A stretch of 57,172 nucleotides of DNA, counting the filler, from Sphacelaria rigidula (lineage: Eukaryota), in assembly GCA_964200075.2 (NCBI GenBank). It is 8 parts of 8 records of this genome, joined end to end, with 100 filler letters (N's around TTAATTAATTAA, not from the genome) between each part and the next. Parts side by side here need not be neighbours in the genome. Positions count along the whole stretch, not along the records: positions 21,478 to 28,536 come from CAXNAA020016706.1; positions 28,637 to 35,695 come from CAXNAA020016707.1; positions 35,796 to 42,854 come from CAXNAA020016708.1; 5 more parts are not named here. One strand, 5' to 3'. The notes beneath the pieces were generated by a model, which did not search any database, had not been told where the DNA came from, and saw only the letters and a list, made by a program, of their open reading frames with translations. The translations under genes were made by a program, and so were the position numbers. Positions 24,246 through 36,259 of the stretch are shown piece after piece; the stretch's first letter is position 1, and each line of letters opens with the position of its first letter.

Positions 24246-24942
24246 TCCTTTTTATTTGTTTTTCAGTACCATCTGCAATGAGATATCCAACAGCAACAAG
24301 AGTATATCTACAATATAATGTGCCTCAGTCAATTGCCGAATTTCAGACCTTCCACCATTTTTTATTTGTCGATAATAACGGCCCTTATTAGGCGTTCATT
24401 GCGTTTCTTCCATGCATTATACGAAGACCTTTTACATATCTTATCTCCATCCTGTTTCGCTGCGTGTGGCCACCACCCATCTCCTAGTATAACCATCGTT
24501 TTTTAGCTGCTGACCTAACGATTCCATACCACCTTCTTCGTTCATGCCCTGCATTTCCCCCTTCTAGCACGCCACATTATTTTTGGCGGGGGGGGGGGGG
24601 GGGGGGGTCGTGAAAAGACTCTTATATCAACCTTAATATACACCCATCTTGTTGCCACGGCTGATATCGTAGGAGACCAGGTGATGTGCGACAATACAAC
24701 AATCGAATCAAAGCGAATCAATCAACGTGGCCTTCCTCGAGCGGATATTTCGATTTTTTCACCACCGGGAGTTTTGGCATCCGACTGCGGGTCTGAAATG
24801 GTGCTCTGAAATAGTATAAAGATGCAACAATAAGTCTGCAAACTCACCAGTGCAACATCATGGCCATTCGGGTCATTCGAAATGCATCTACAATAGGTTG
24901 TTGGCAGGTCGAATCTTTGAAGCAAGAATAAAACAAGATATA

Positions 24943-25683
24943 ATGGAGCGGATCTATCAGCAGCGCCGCGCCGGTGGTGACCGCGGAGGCCGGGATCGGG
25001 CAAGCTTTCACCCAGGGGGTGGACGGGGTGGTGGACGAGGCGGGGGAGGCGGCGGTGGTGGCAACGGCTGGGGTGGCGGTTGGGGCGGCCAAAGGCGGTG
25101 CTTCGGCTCACATCCACCACCCTCAAGCGGAGGATTGGGGAATCAGCCCTACCAGAATTCACGTGAAGGTGCTATGGAGGGGATGGCAATCGGCTCTCGG
25201 CGTGGTGGTGGTGGCCGTGGAGTTGATGGTTGCATCTCGTTCCACCAACGGCACCAACAATGGTCACAGCAGTCCATGCATCCACCGCACAGGAACCGGG
25301 ATTACGATGCCAACCGGCAAAACGGTTACGTCTTTGTTGGTGGTAGAGGTGATCATGGCACAACCTCGCAGGGTCAGCAGAACCAGCAGCGATACGGCAG
25401 AAGTTATGATGCCAAACCGCGGAACGGTGTCGGCTTCGTGGGTGGTAGAGGGGATCATGGCACAACCTCGCAGTTTCAGCAGACGCAGCAGCAGCAGCAG
25501 CAGCAAGGCCAACAAAGTGGCGCTGATGCACGACTTGAGCTGGGGGAAAACAACGGTGCCCGCTTAGAGAGCAACAACAACAGCAGTGATTTGGTGGGCG
25601 AGGGCGAGCCTCTATCCTGGGAAGAACTGGAGAAAAGATGCAGGCTAGCGGAGGAGGTGATCGGGCTACCCAGCGCTGAGGAG
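24943..25683 (+). CDS. RGG/Gly/Gln-rich low-complexity ORF (exon) of unknown function; possible second exon 25783-25827
   Basis: The frame is open from 24850 to 25701, with ATG at 24943, RGG repeats, a duplicated 34-aa unit and poly-Q. Donor GAG|gtgggt at 25684 and acceptor atcag| at 25782 give in-frame VRQGAAKKESQHTT*. Confidence 0.55.
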
Positions 25684-25954
25684 GTGGGTACTGGATCATG
25701 AAGTATGGAAGGATATGTTCCAACAGTAGTGCTGTATAGCCCGGCCCTGCGCTGTGCATGTTGATGTATTGCATTTGATCAGGTACGGCAGGGGGCGGCG
25801 AAGAAAGAAAGTCAGCATACTACGTAGGCCCCAAGATCGAAAATTCGAATTTTTGAGGGGAGGCGGGGGGGGAGGGACACCCAGCCGTGTGTCCCCTGGT
25901 TTTTCGCCGAAGCGTTGGCGGATGCAGTCAGCTGCCATAGACAGTAGAGATCCT

Positions 25955-26308
25955 TTTATAAATTACATATAATATATTATATATGATATACTATATATCA
26001 CATAAAAAATTTCATATATAATATTTGATACACTATATTTCATATATTATATAATATACTATACGTCTATATTATAGGTGCATATTACACATGTGCTTCT
26101 TCTCCTTCATATATACTATATTATATATTATATACAATATATTGTACTTCGCATATATTATATACAATATTTATACATTATGTTTAATTATATATATATG
26201 AATATTTATCAAGGGGCAGTATATACTTTATTAAACAATTGTATATTAATTTATTTGCTATATAATATATGATCCTTATATCATATAGTTTACATATATA
26301 AAAAAATA
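25955..26308. repeat. Extremely AT-rich low-complexity (TA-rich) tract
   Basis: Degenerate ATAT/ATATT sequence, sharply different from the roughly 50% GC flanks. Confidence 0.85.
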
Positions 26309-28666
26309 TGTTGAGGAGCAGAAGCAAACATACACCCCGCAAAGCCCACCAAACTTTTAGGACTTTGTCAATCTTCATACATCAATTCCTTGCAAGCAAA
26401 TTAACAGAAAACATCAAAAAAATCAAGACAATTTTAATGGTCGAAAAAATGCCTCCTGCATCTGAGGGCATCGGGGACAGAACGGGCAAGGAGCAGAAGC
26501 AGATATACGAACCCCACAAAGCCCACCAGACTTTTCCGTTTTTGTCGGCGTTTATTGATCAATTTCTGGCAACAAAATTAATAGGAAAATCAAAACTGTG
26601 TTCATTGATCAATTCCTTGCGACAAAATTGACAAAAAAGAATAAAAAACATCACGATAATTCTCGAAGAAACACCCTCCGGGAGGGGGGGGGGGGGTCTA
26701 CGTGTCCGAAACATTTTTCCGCGCTGCCCCCTGGGTACGGTACGATTTCACATACGGAGATGTACACAATATACGAGTACAAAATGTACTCCGGTACTGT
26801 TTTATGTGCATCCTCGTTTTTCTTGGTACCTCTTGTGACGATATTCGTTCGTGTGCTCTGCTGTCTGTATGCGATCACCAAGTAGACTGACTGTCGCATA
26901 TGGATCGAGGGCTACATAAAGTTGTGCGTGCGGTGAAAAAGCTAGAGAATGTGGTGTGCGGAGTGCCTCGAGATTTTCCGTGGAGGACCGGTGTCCTGGC
27001 TCCCACTGTGGTTCGATGCAAGCTTTTTGGTTTTTGGTGGGGGTTGAGTGCACGCTGGTTGATTGAATCGTTCAGTGCACCTCCGTTTAGTATCTGGGCT
27101 CAACCGTTCAGTTCAGGTTCGACGAGTAGACACCACAGTGCAAGCCGTCAATAGCAGACGTCAGCGAGGAAGGCGGTGCGACGCACGGGAGAGGTGTCCT
27201 ACGCATAGCTGTCCGGCCAGAGCTGTCGCTTGAATTTGCGCCGGTTCGCGACTTCTTCCGTATAACAGATGTTTACAGTATATGGTCGTGACAGTAATAC
27301 GATGGTACATGTTGCATTCCACCGACTGTACCACCCCCTGTGACACGTTTCGACCTCCAAATGCTGTCACCCGTGAATCGTGCATAGCGCCCGTCTCCCA
27401 CGGTGCTCGCATCGTACTGTAGTCAACGATTTACAGACGTCATGTCTCAGACCCCCGCGCCCCCTTATCGTCTGTGTATGGTATACGGTAGCTTACAGAG
27501 AGTACCATCCTGGGTGATGAGGTCACTTATCGCAAACCGTGCCGACCCCCTTGCGGACCCCAAAAACCGTGACGTTAGAATAAATATTTGAGTTAATGGC
27601 TGCACGAGTTGAAGAAAAAACGTAGTTGGCGATTTTTCACTAGCTTTATACCGTGCCATCGTTCATCCCAGTGACCGCTTGGCCCCTAGGTTTGAAAATC
27701 GGGAGATACTAGGCATCCGCTCCATATTTCGAAGCAAAAAACATCTCTGTGCTCATTATTGAACGGCTTACGGGCTGACCAGCCCTCGGGGGTCCTGCGA
27801 CAACCCAGCCCCGGGTTCTGACCCTCGGGCATTTTTGTTCGATTGAAGCAATCCCGATCGTTCTCACAAACGAATGCAAATACAGTACCTGCTGATTTTT
27901 TTCAAGAGTTTGGCTTATTCATTGTGCTATAGGCAAAAAGCTGTATTTTGGGGCCGGTGACGGTCAATAACACCCCCTGATAAACAGGCAACGGAGGATC
28001 CTGGAAAATAGGCTTAAACATTGAGATGGAGGTGAACCACCCTCCCGAAAGTTACCATTTCACCCGGAAACGTTTTGCAAAAACAACCAACTGAGGATTT
28101 TTCCTTTCTGTTAAAACTTTCCCTAGCTTTGCTTGTCGCGCATTGATGCTACGGCCCCTAAAGCCATATGTATCTCCCTTCGTACATTCGAAACGGCTCT
28201 CACCACGTGAAGGAAGCCGATTTCATCGGACTCCCTCATCTTTGAAGAACATGATGACCGCGGCTTTCTCGAGCCCTAGGAAAATTCGCACAGGGCGGGG
28301 AGTTTCTCATCGATGAAACTTCCCATTTTTACACCTGTAAAACATTTCCAGCAATGAAATCTCTTTTCCGAAACACCAGCGGCAGCACTTTACTTATCAT
28401 GAAAGTATTCCCCCTCTTTAGACGGGAGACCAGCGAAGCTCAAATAGCACGGCAATGACGATGGTCCAGAGAAGTGGGGGGTGGGATGTGAACCCCCCCG
28501 ATGAGGGGGGGCGTTATGGCATGTAGGTCCTGGCCTNNNNNNNNNNNNNNNNNNNNNNNNNNNNNNNNNNNNNNNNNNNNTTAATTAATTAANNNNNNNN
28601 NNNNNNNNNNNNNNNNNNNNNNNNNNNNNNNNNNNNTTGCACCCGTCGGTGTGGGGGGCCCCCCTC

Positions 28667-28708
<42 letters not shown>

Positions 28709-28784
28709 GCCGAGAAGCCATCACCGGCGTGGCGGTCTTTAGTCAGCGTATGGCTGCTATACTGTGTCAAAAAACGCACACGAC

Positions 28785-29334
28785 TACGAGCTGGGCCAGC
28801 CAAGAATTTCTCTCGGCGGTTGAACTGTATTGCCCTGCTTGATTTTAGGAGCCAGGAACTGAAAATTGACACGAGAATTATCTCAATACGCAGAAAGTTA
28901 TAGTGATTTGGAAATTCCGAACAAAATAAATAAACTCTAGGAGCTTTCGTGGAATAGTCTTGACTTGCGTGTGGAAGATACTTTTAAAATTTTGGTTCAA
29001 AACCCTCTCAAAGTGGACAGGGCATCCCGCTTATTGTGCAACCCCGCTACACCTGGTTATCCAACTGGTGGTCCACTTCAAACAGGGCGGAAAGTCATGA
29101 ATTCGAATCCCAACATATACTTTCTTATTCAAAGGATTCCGGTTTCGTCGTTGAGGTAATTTCCCATTTAGTACATATTTCAATCAGTTTTTCTTCTTCT
29201 GTTTTAGCAGAGCTTGTCATCAGCACGTTGATCTGCAGTGTACAGCGATATACCTTCCTCGGGCTGATTCGGGGAACTGAAATAAATTATCGCGTGCCGA
29301 AGGAACGCGACTTTCTTGGCTGGCTCAACTTGTA
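28785..29334 (+). mobile_element. Diverged copy of the TACGAGCTGGGCCAG MITE family
   Basis: Left end TACGAGCTGGGCCAGCC, right end GGCTGGCTCAACTTGTA; internal blocks are colinear with 30903-31497, including TTCGAATCCC. Confidence 0.72.
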
Positions 29335-30902
29335 CTTCTCACCCGAGAATATATCCTTGAATCATCCCTTTGTCCAATTACTCGCCCACTGTCTTGAATT
29401 TAGGGATTTCACGCAAGTTTATCCCAAAAAGAAGAAGCACACTTGGCCACAACTCTTGTTGTGGACACCGGAGGGGAATCACGCTGCGCTGAACATATCC
29501 AATTGACCTAGATTGTGTTTCTGCAGGGTACGTCCGGAAGTGCGGGATTTTGGTCAGCATACCATACCATACCGAAATATGTATTAAACAATCCGGTATA
29601 ATTCGGCAGGGTTTCGAACCTTGTTCCAGATAATCCGGCATGGTTCCGACGGGTATTTTCCGACAAAATACCCATTTTATATTTGTGTAAATACCTGAAC
29701 TTCAGCCGGTACACCCCTACAGAACACATCCTTGCAATTGACGTTGGCAGCGAACAAACGACATCCCCAGATTTAGCGTCAGGGGCTATTCCATCCGGAA
29801 ACAGAGGCTTCAAACATTAGGATGAACCAAAAGTCGTGGGATTCCTACCGTGCAAATGATGGTGGGGGAGAAGTCGGTGTGACAGAGTCGTGATGGAGAA
29901 ATCACGGGTGGTGAAAATTCATGCCAACATTCATGTTGCACGAATCGCAAGTGGAAATTATGTACGACTGACTCATCTGTCTCGTACGAATCACAGCTTC
30001 GATAATACGCAGGTTTCATTCGTGCCATACAAAAGGCGGGCGACAAATCCGTTAGAGATAGTCTTGCCGCACGACTGACAAGTGCCCAAGATACGCGTCC
30101 GATGACTACCCCCTAGGAATGTAGAGCGGGAAACACATGCATTCGATTCGTGCCACACGAATCAAGGACGGGTGGCAATGTCAGGGTTAAGAATTGGTGC
30201 CAATAGTACCGCCATATTGAAACGGTAAGATACATCGCATCTCACCGTATCGTATCGTGTCGTATTTATATCAGATACCGATACAACTACGAAGTTCGCC
30301 GTTAGCGACAATAAACGTACGATAGAACACACGGTATCCATGGAGTAATGACATATATCATTGTAACATGACCTATATATGGTCTGCAAGTATTGCACTG
30401 TGCAGTAGAGTGTATACAACAGTATAGCACGGAGGCACCGTGATGATTTTGCGCCCAAGTTTGCGCGTCGCCTTTCAAGTACGGCAGGACGCACACTCTC
30501 TCTCTCCTCGAGAGCACCCAATTCGCATCATCAGCATGCGCGTCGTTCATGCGCATGTCCTGTACTTCGAAGATCCTCTTTAACACCACTGTAGTTATTT
30601 TGACGCGGCTGGGTTGAAGGTCAGTTGGGTCGCAAAGCGTGGCACTTTTAGACCTAATGTTGAATGAAGGGAGAGAGTAAAGTCGAATGATTCCTTTTTC
30701 TTTTTTTTCCCCTGCTTCTGGCGGCGCCTTCAGCGAGCGTCCCCCACTCGCAGGAAAGAAGCCCAATTGGATCGGACTTCCGCCCTCGCCTGGCAGCCGG
30801 GAGGCAACAACCGATCTTCTTCATCATACAAGGCTGGTGGTCCCAGGGAGGCCCTTTAGATTTCCTTCGCCGCTACCTTTCTCGTGACGTACCCGGGATA
30901 GG

Positions 30903-31497
30903 TACGAGCTGGGCCAGTTGACAGTGATTTGCGAATGTATCCAGGCCGGGCAGTGGGTAATCCGAAGCGTTGGGCGCTGAAATTTTGACCCAACATGTTC
31001 ATCATCACTACGCACAACCATCCCGGGAAGGCCAAGGAAAAAAAAACAGAAAGTTAGAGCGATTTGAAGTTTCTGCAAAAACTAAAAAAATACTATGACT
31101 CCGTGACAATGAAGAAGTACGGGGGCATCCCGAGTGTAGTCGTGCGTCCTTGTGTGGAGGAGATTCCGGTGTAATTTCGCCCAAAAATTCCAGAAATTTG
31201 GCGCAACATCCGACTCTTCGTGTGGCACGGCTGCGCTCCTTTAATCCAAGTGATGCAGTTGACTCCAGTTGTGGAGGTCACGAGTTCGAATCCCGACGGA
31301 TCCCTTTTTCTTTTTTTCCGTCGGATAGGTGATACATTATGCAGTACTTTTTCTTTTTTTTCATTCAGCGGCGGTCCCGTGCGTTACCACGTTGCTCTGC
31401 AGGTCACACCGATATCCTCAAGTCGGGCTGATTTGGTAAACTCAACAAGTTATGGTGTGACATGCGAACGCCGGATTTACTGCTGGCCCAGCTCGTA
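30903..31497 (+). mobile_element. TA-flanked MITE (Tc1/mariner-like) with an internal tRNA-like B-box
   Basis: Perfect 15-bp inverted ends TACGAGCTGGGCCAG / CTGGCCCAGCTCGTA (including TA). AGTTCGAATCC at 31283-31293 is followed by T-runs. Confidence 0.85.
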
Positions 31498-32399
31498 CAA
31501 CATATCACACATCCACTTGACGTTCGGAAACATACCAAACACACCGCCGTATCTCGAAATTCAGCAGCGACATTTTCTCGCGAAATGGTACTCTTCTTCA
31601 TCCGCCAGGGGAAAAAAGTCCTCAAAACACGAGACGAAAAACGTTCCATGCTATATTTGTGTGGTACAGTCGGTGCCGCCGCGCCACCGTAGCGAGATGG
31701 TACACCTGAGTAAACCAATACCCGTAGGCGGGACAAAATACGGGTACGGATCCCGACGAATGCATTTTTTGTTTCATTCTGAAGAGTACGCGTAAAAGTG
31801 TCTGATTCCCGTCGTTGTAAAAAAATGTCAGGATGTGAGCAGAACAAAAAGCAATCCGTTTCTGTTTGGATGCTGAGCCTGTTCGTTAGAAGACAGTCGA
31901 CGCGGTGCGGGAGTGATGGTCATGATCCAGTCCGAGATATAAAAAATGTGAGGAGGAGAGATGACTTGATCCCTTGAGACCACGGATTCTTTCCGAGGAA
32001 GGCGAGGGGTTCAAAGTGTGGGAAAAAAAATGTTCCACGCAGACTGCTCTGACCGCAATGATATTTTCAACATGAGCCCCTGGAAAGCCCTAATAGGGCT
32101 CAGAGACCGGTTTGGGTTTGTTTAATTTTATCCCCAGTCTCGAACAATTGTACGTCCCGTTGGACTCGCCCGTTGGACGCTTGCGGTACTGTAGTACGAA
32201 ATTTCTCTGAAATGAAGCGCTTAGTTCAAATATTTCTGCCCGCTTCATCCAGTCTTGGAGTCATGATGTGAACCAAGACATGCGTGTCGGTAAGCATGGT
32301 ACGTACAACTAACTGCACTGAACCTCCTTTTGTATTTTAGTCCCCTCGGCTGGAGTTATCAACGCTCGAGTAGATTGGATAATGGCCAAAAAATAGTAA

Positions 32400-32870
32400 A
32401 AAAATCACAAAATACCGGACTATCTCGATGGACAGATGACACTAGGAGAGAGTAACTCCGGCACGATTTTGCATGCAATGGATCAACATGCGAGTCATTT
32501 TCCATGCCATCAAGTCCCAGACTGGGTTGGAAACGGTTCGGTGAAGAAACGTTTTAATTCCTTGGGCCAGCCTGTATATCGCCATGCTATCGCGACATCG
32601 GTGGAGCCGATCTGCCAACGTATACACATCACACCGTTTTTTTCTTCCGATGTATAACCCTGAAAAATGTACGTTTGATGACACCTGCCATGTTCTCTGT
32701 AATGTTCTGTCCGCGTTTAAATTCCTCCGCCGCTCTGTTTTCGGGCGCGGAGAGACTAATTTGATCCAAGATTTGTTCCATGAAAAAGTCAGCAAGGGCA
32801 GGGAGCCTTTGACCGCAAGGGTGGCTAGGTAATAAATATACCGGATCGTCATCATTCTCCACATAAAAAG
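32400..32870 (-). pseudogene. Eroded hAT transposase C-terminal (dimerisation) region
   Basis: Frameshifted peptides PVYLL…, ELKRFFTEP, DLMAWK and DPLHAKSCRSYSLLVSSV…VF align by eye to hAT EL-x-x-YL-x-EP…DPLxWW…P-x-LAKxAR-x-YL-x-IPASS…ERxFS. Confidence 0.55.
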
Positions 32871-34911
32871 ATCATCGAGACCTAGATGGCCCAGCCAGGC
32901 TGTCGAAAGGCTAATTAAAGAGCAAACGAAAATACGTGTGAGCACCATGAGTGCTCCCACGCGGAATAGTCCCCCACCAACGACACATGCATGTGTCGCT
33001 CATCGCTGTTATGCTCCCCCCTCCTCTCGCAGAGAGATGTGGCTCTTTATACAAGTCCAACCGTCCAACGCATGTCGCATACTGCAGATGCCATCGTGTG
33101 GATACGAAGAGCTTCGTCTTATTAATTGAGGCGAAGAAAGAAATGAGAATGAGGTGTGTCTTGTGACAAAAAACGTGAGAGTGGCGAACAACTCACGTGT
33201 GGCAACCACTTTACGTTCCCTGTCGAATGATTATCGGGTCGTTCCTCCGTCCGAATTTCAAATATTTACATATATATTTATGGAACGGAGGAACAATGTG
33301 ATGAGAATGTGACAGGTGACGTGAAATAGTTGCCACGCGTGGGCTGTTCGCCTCTCTCGTTCTCATTGTCACAATCTCGTTCTCGTCGATTGTTAAATAA
33401 ATCTTCAATACTCTGCCATCTGTGCGCCAGGTGAGGCACCTACTTACACAGCTCATACGATTCATCCGCATGTCACATGCACCCCCCTCCCACCCCCTCC
33501 CCACTGTATCGTCACGATGCGCGAAAAAAGTCATGCCGTGTGAACCGTTGCTTGCGAAAACGTGCAACGACTGTAGAATGCGTGCAGACTGCATGCATCA
33601 CTGCTCGTCACAACGTACAGTACCAAATACTCTAGTCGGGCCGTGCACATCGCCAGCGGGAGAATGTATGTGGTTGATTTCCACCGTACTAGTCAGGGGG
33701 GGGGTGGAGGGAAATGTGCAAGTGGATCGCGTTGTACAAATGACGGGTGGGAATTACGTGCGTGAGGGGGCATGGGAGTGAGAATCGCGAGTTTAAAACA
33801 CACGTACGGATGGTCATTTTCCAAGTACGAATCACAAATTACTACGAAGTATGATTTGACAGTCTAACCCCAAAATAAACAATAATCTGTCAATAATTGA
33901 GTGCCCGCGCACAAAAATCATTGCACTTTTTAATCGCAATTTTGCGTGTGTAATTGCCAACGTGGGTGGATAACCAGCCGTGAAAGTTGGCACACTAGTT
34001 GGACACTATGAGTCATGCTACGTTGGGGCGGGAGGGGGGGGGGGATTTGGGCCTTTTCTTCCACAAAGTTCCACTTCGAATCGTCCTTGAAAGCAGCAAC
34101 GATTGTCCGAACGCGCTTGTTACATATAAATAACGCTCAAGCAAACTGCTTGACACCGTTCTTACCCAAATATAAGCGCACCGCGAGTGTGTCATTATAG
34201 ATGGTCTGACACATCCATGAGCCATGTATTTCGTGGAGTGCTCCGTCTCGAAAGGGGTGCGTGGTCGATGGTCGAACGACTAAGGCAAGCAACAAATGAA
34301 TACGCCCGCCCCCCCCCCCCTCCCAGTCTCCTCTCTCCTCCCCATTCGTAGCACGTAGCATGACTCCTATATATGCAGCATGTGCACCGATCGGCGGCAC
34401 GTTTGGCTCATGCGCATAAAGTATGCAACATAGCGATGAGCAATTTCTGGAAACATCTTCGATACGCACGGCTGTCCCGCAGACCAAACATTGAGCACTA
34501 ATCCTTAATGTACATCTCGACACGCTGGTGCACTACAGCTTCCCCACCATGTGCAGCTGGGCGGCTGCTGCGCTGGCAAACAACATCGATCTGTACTGAG
34601 ATAACCTGTGGATGATGACCATCTATACAAAACTTGGTCACATATCGCGTTCAGAGTTGCTCAGTTCGGGAAGTACGGCCGTAGGTACGAAGTCGGCCCT
34701 GCAAGACAGTGAAACTTCGGCCACATCTGATGTGGCCCACAGCCAACGAGCCCGTATCGCTAAAAGTGGGGCTGCGCCTTGCAGTAGCACGCGACGAGGC
34801 GATAAGAGGTCAGATTTTGTTCCGAAAAAAATATGAATATGTATATTTTTTGGCGTAAGACTTTCAAGTTGTGCGATGTGTAAAGGAATTTCATATGTTA
34901 GCCCCCCACGG

Positions 34912-35219
34912 GGTGTGTGTGCTATTAATAAAGGGGGAAATGCGGGACGTGAACGAAGGTGGCATGAAAAGATTTGACGCATTAGACAGTAGCGAGAAAA
35001 CGAGGGCTGTACTAGGAGATAGATGGTGGCCAGAGACGGCGAAACAGGACGGGGATAAGATAGGTGAAAGGTTTCTGTATAGTATTTGGAAGAAACGTAA
35101 TAGCATCGAAATATTGGAGGTGTCTCTAATAGGAGTAGGAACGGTGCTCCGTCTCGAAAGGGATGCGTGGTCAACGGTCAAACGACTTAGGCAAGCAACG
35201 AATGAGTACGCCCCCCCCC
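34912..35219 (+). mobile_element. 5'-truncated LINE 3' end (poly(C)-tailed subfamily A); copies at 23218-23660(-), 24391-24577(-), 34235-34320(+), 53640-53717(-)
   Basis: Shared coding remnant EKTxAxLGDRWWPxxAKQDGDKIxxxFLYxxWKKRN (34912 and 24391 copies). Shared terminus CCGTCTCGAAAGGGATGCGTGGTCAACGGTCAAACGACTxAGGCAAGCAACxAATGAGTACG-(C)n. The 5' truncation varies between copies. Confidence 0.75.
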
Positions 35220-36259
35220 GCGCCCAATGCAGCCACTTTATCCGATTTTTCAACATTTTTCTTCCACTTTTCACGAATTTGTCACATGGAGCACCCTTCA
35301 CCTCTACCCCCCTCCCTCTTCTCCCCTCCCCAATGCAGCCACTTCATCTGAGTTTTTCACCGGTAATTTCCAATTTTCACGTATTTTGTCGCGTGCAGCA
35401 CCCCTCACCTCTAACCCCCACCCCCATCCGGCACACAATCGCCACATCTCAATAACGTTTCCACTCTCACAGACGGTAATGCCTGCTCTAGGGTGCACGG
35501 TGGGGTTCGTGTTGGTGCTGAGATTGCGTACGACCCTGGTGCAAAAAACCATGTGTATTGGTTTTATTATGATATGATATCACCGTAATCTTCACAAAAT
35601 AAAACACGAAAACCAGGAGGTAGACTCCTCCGTTCCCCGTCCTCCGACGAAGGCCATGACCGGTCTTGTCGGTACGGCGTGGGGAGGGTCTTTTCNNNNN
35701 NNNNNNNNNNNNNNNNNNNNNNNNNNNNNNNNNNNNNNNTTAATTAATTAANNNNNNNNNNNNNNNNNNNNNNNNNNNNNNNNNNNNNNNNNNNNTGGGG
35801 CTTCGGTGCCATGTGGCTTCGGCAAAAGTGGGCTGACGATTTTTATGCTGTTTTTTGTGTCGCCTTGACGTAGTATAGTTGACCATTCGGGAGGGTAAGT
35901 TGATCCATCTTGATTTCATTGTGAACACCGAAATCTGGATCTTTTCATGGGAGCTGTGCTTCTAGCATGCTCTGTGGCTTTCTTTTCTCCTTCAGTTCAG
36001 AGTTTGTCCACACTTGCCGCCAGGTGAGATGAGATACAAAACTACGCTATCGATGGTGGTGCGGTGATGGCACCGGGTACAGGAGAACAAGCGCTACTCT
36101 TGCCACTATCACAAGCGATGCACAGATATGGGTAAATATCCCAAGACACGGAAGTCTCTAGGGGTTCGGTCAAAGGTTCAAATTCTACACCTGCCGAACA
36201 TTGCACACATGCGATGTATCAACCATCTGCAGTATCAAGAGTCATTCATGGGTGTAATC

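Noticed and set aside
31230..31305. Functional tRNA gene (also considered at about 1087-1160 and 43960-44045)
   Set aside because: Only a B-box/T-arm is recognisable; no convincing acceptor, D and anticodon stems could be folded, and all lie within repeats.
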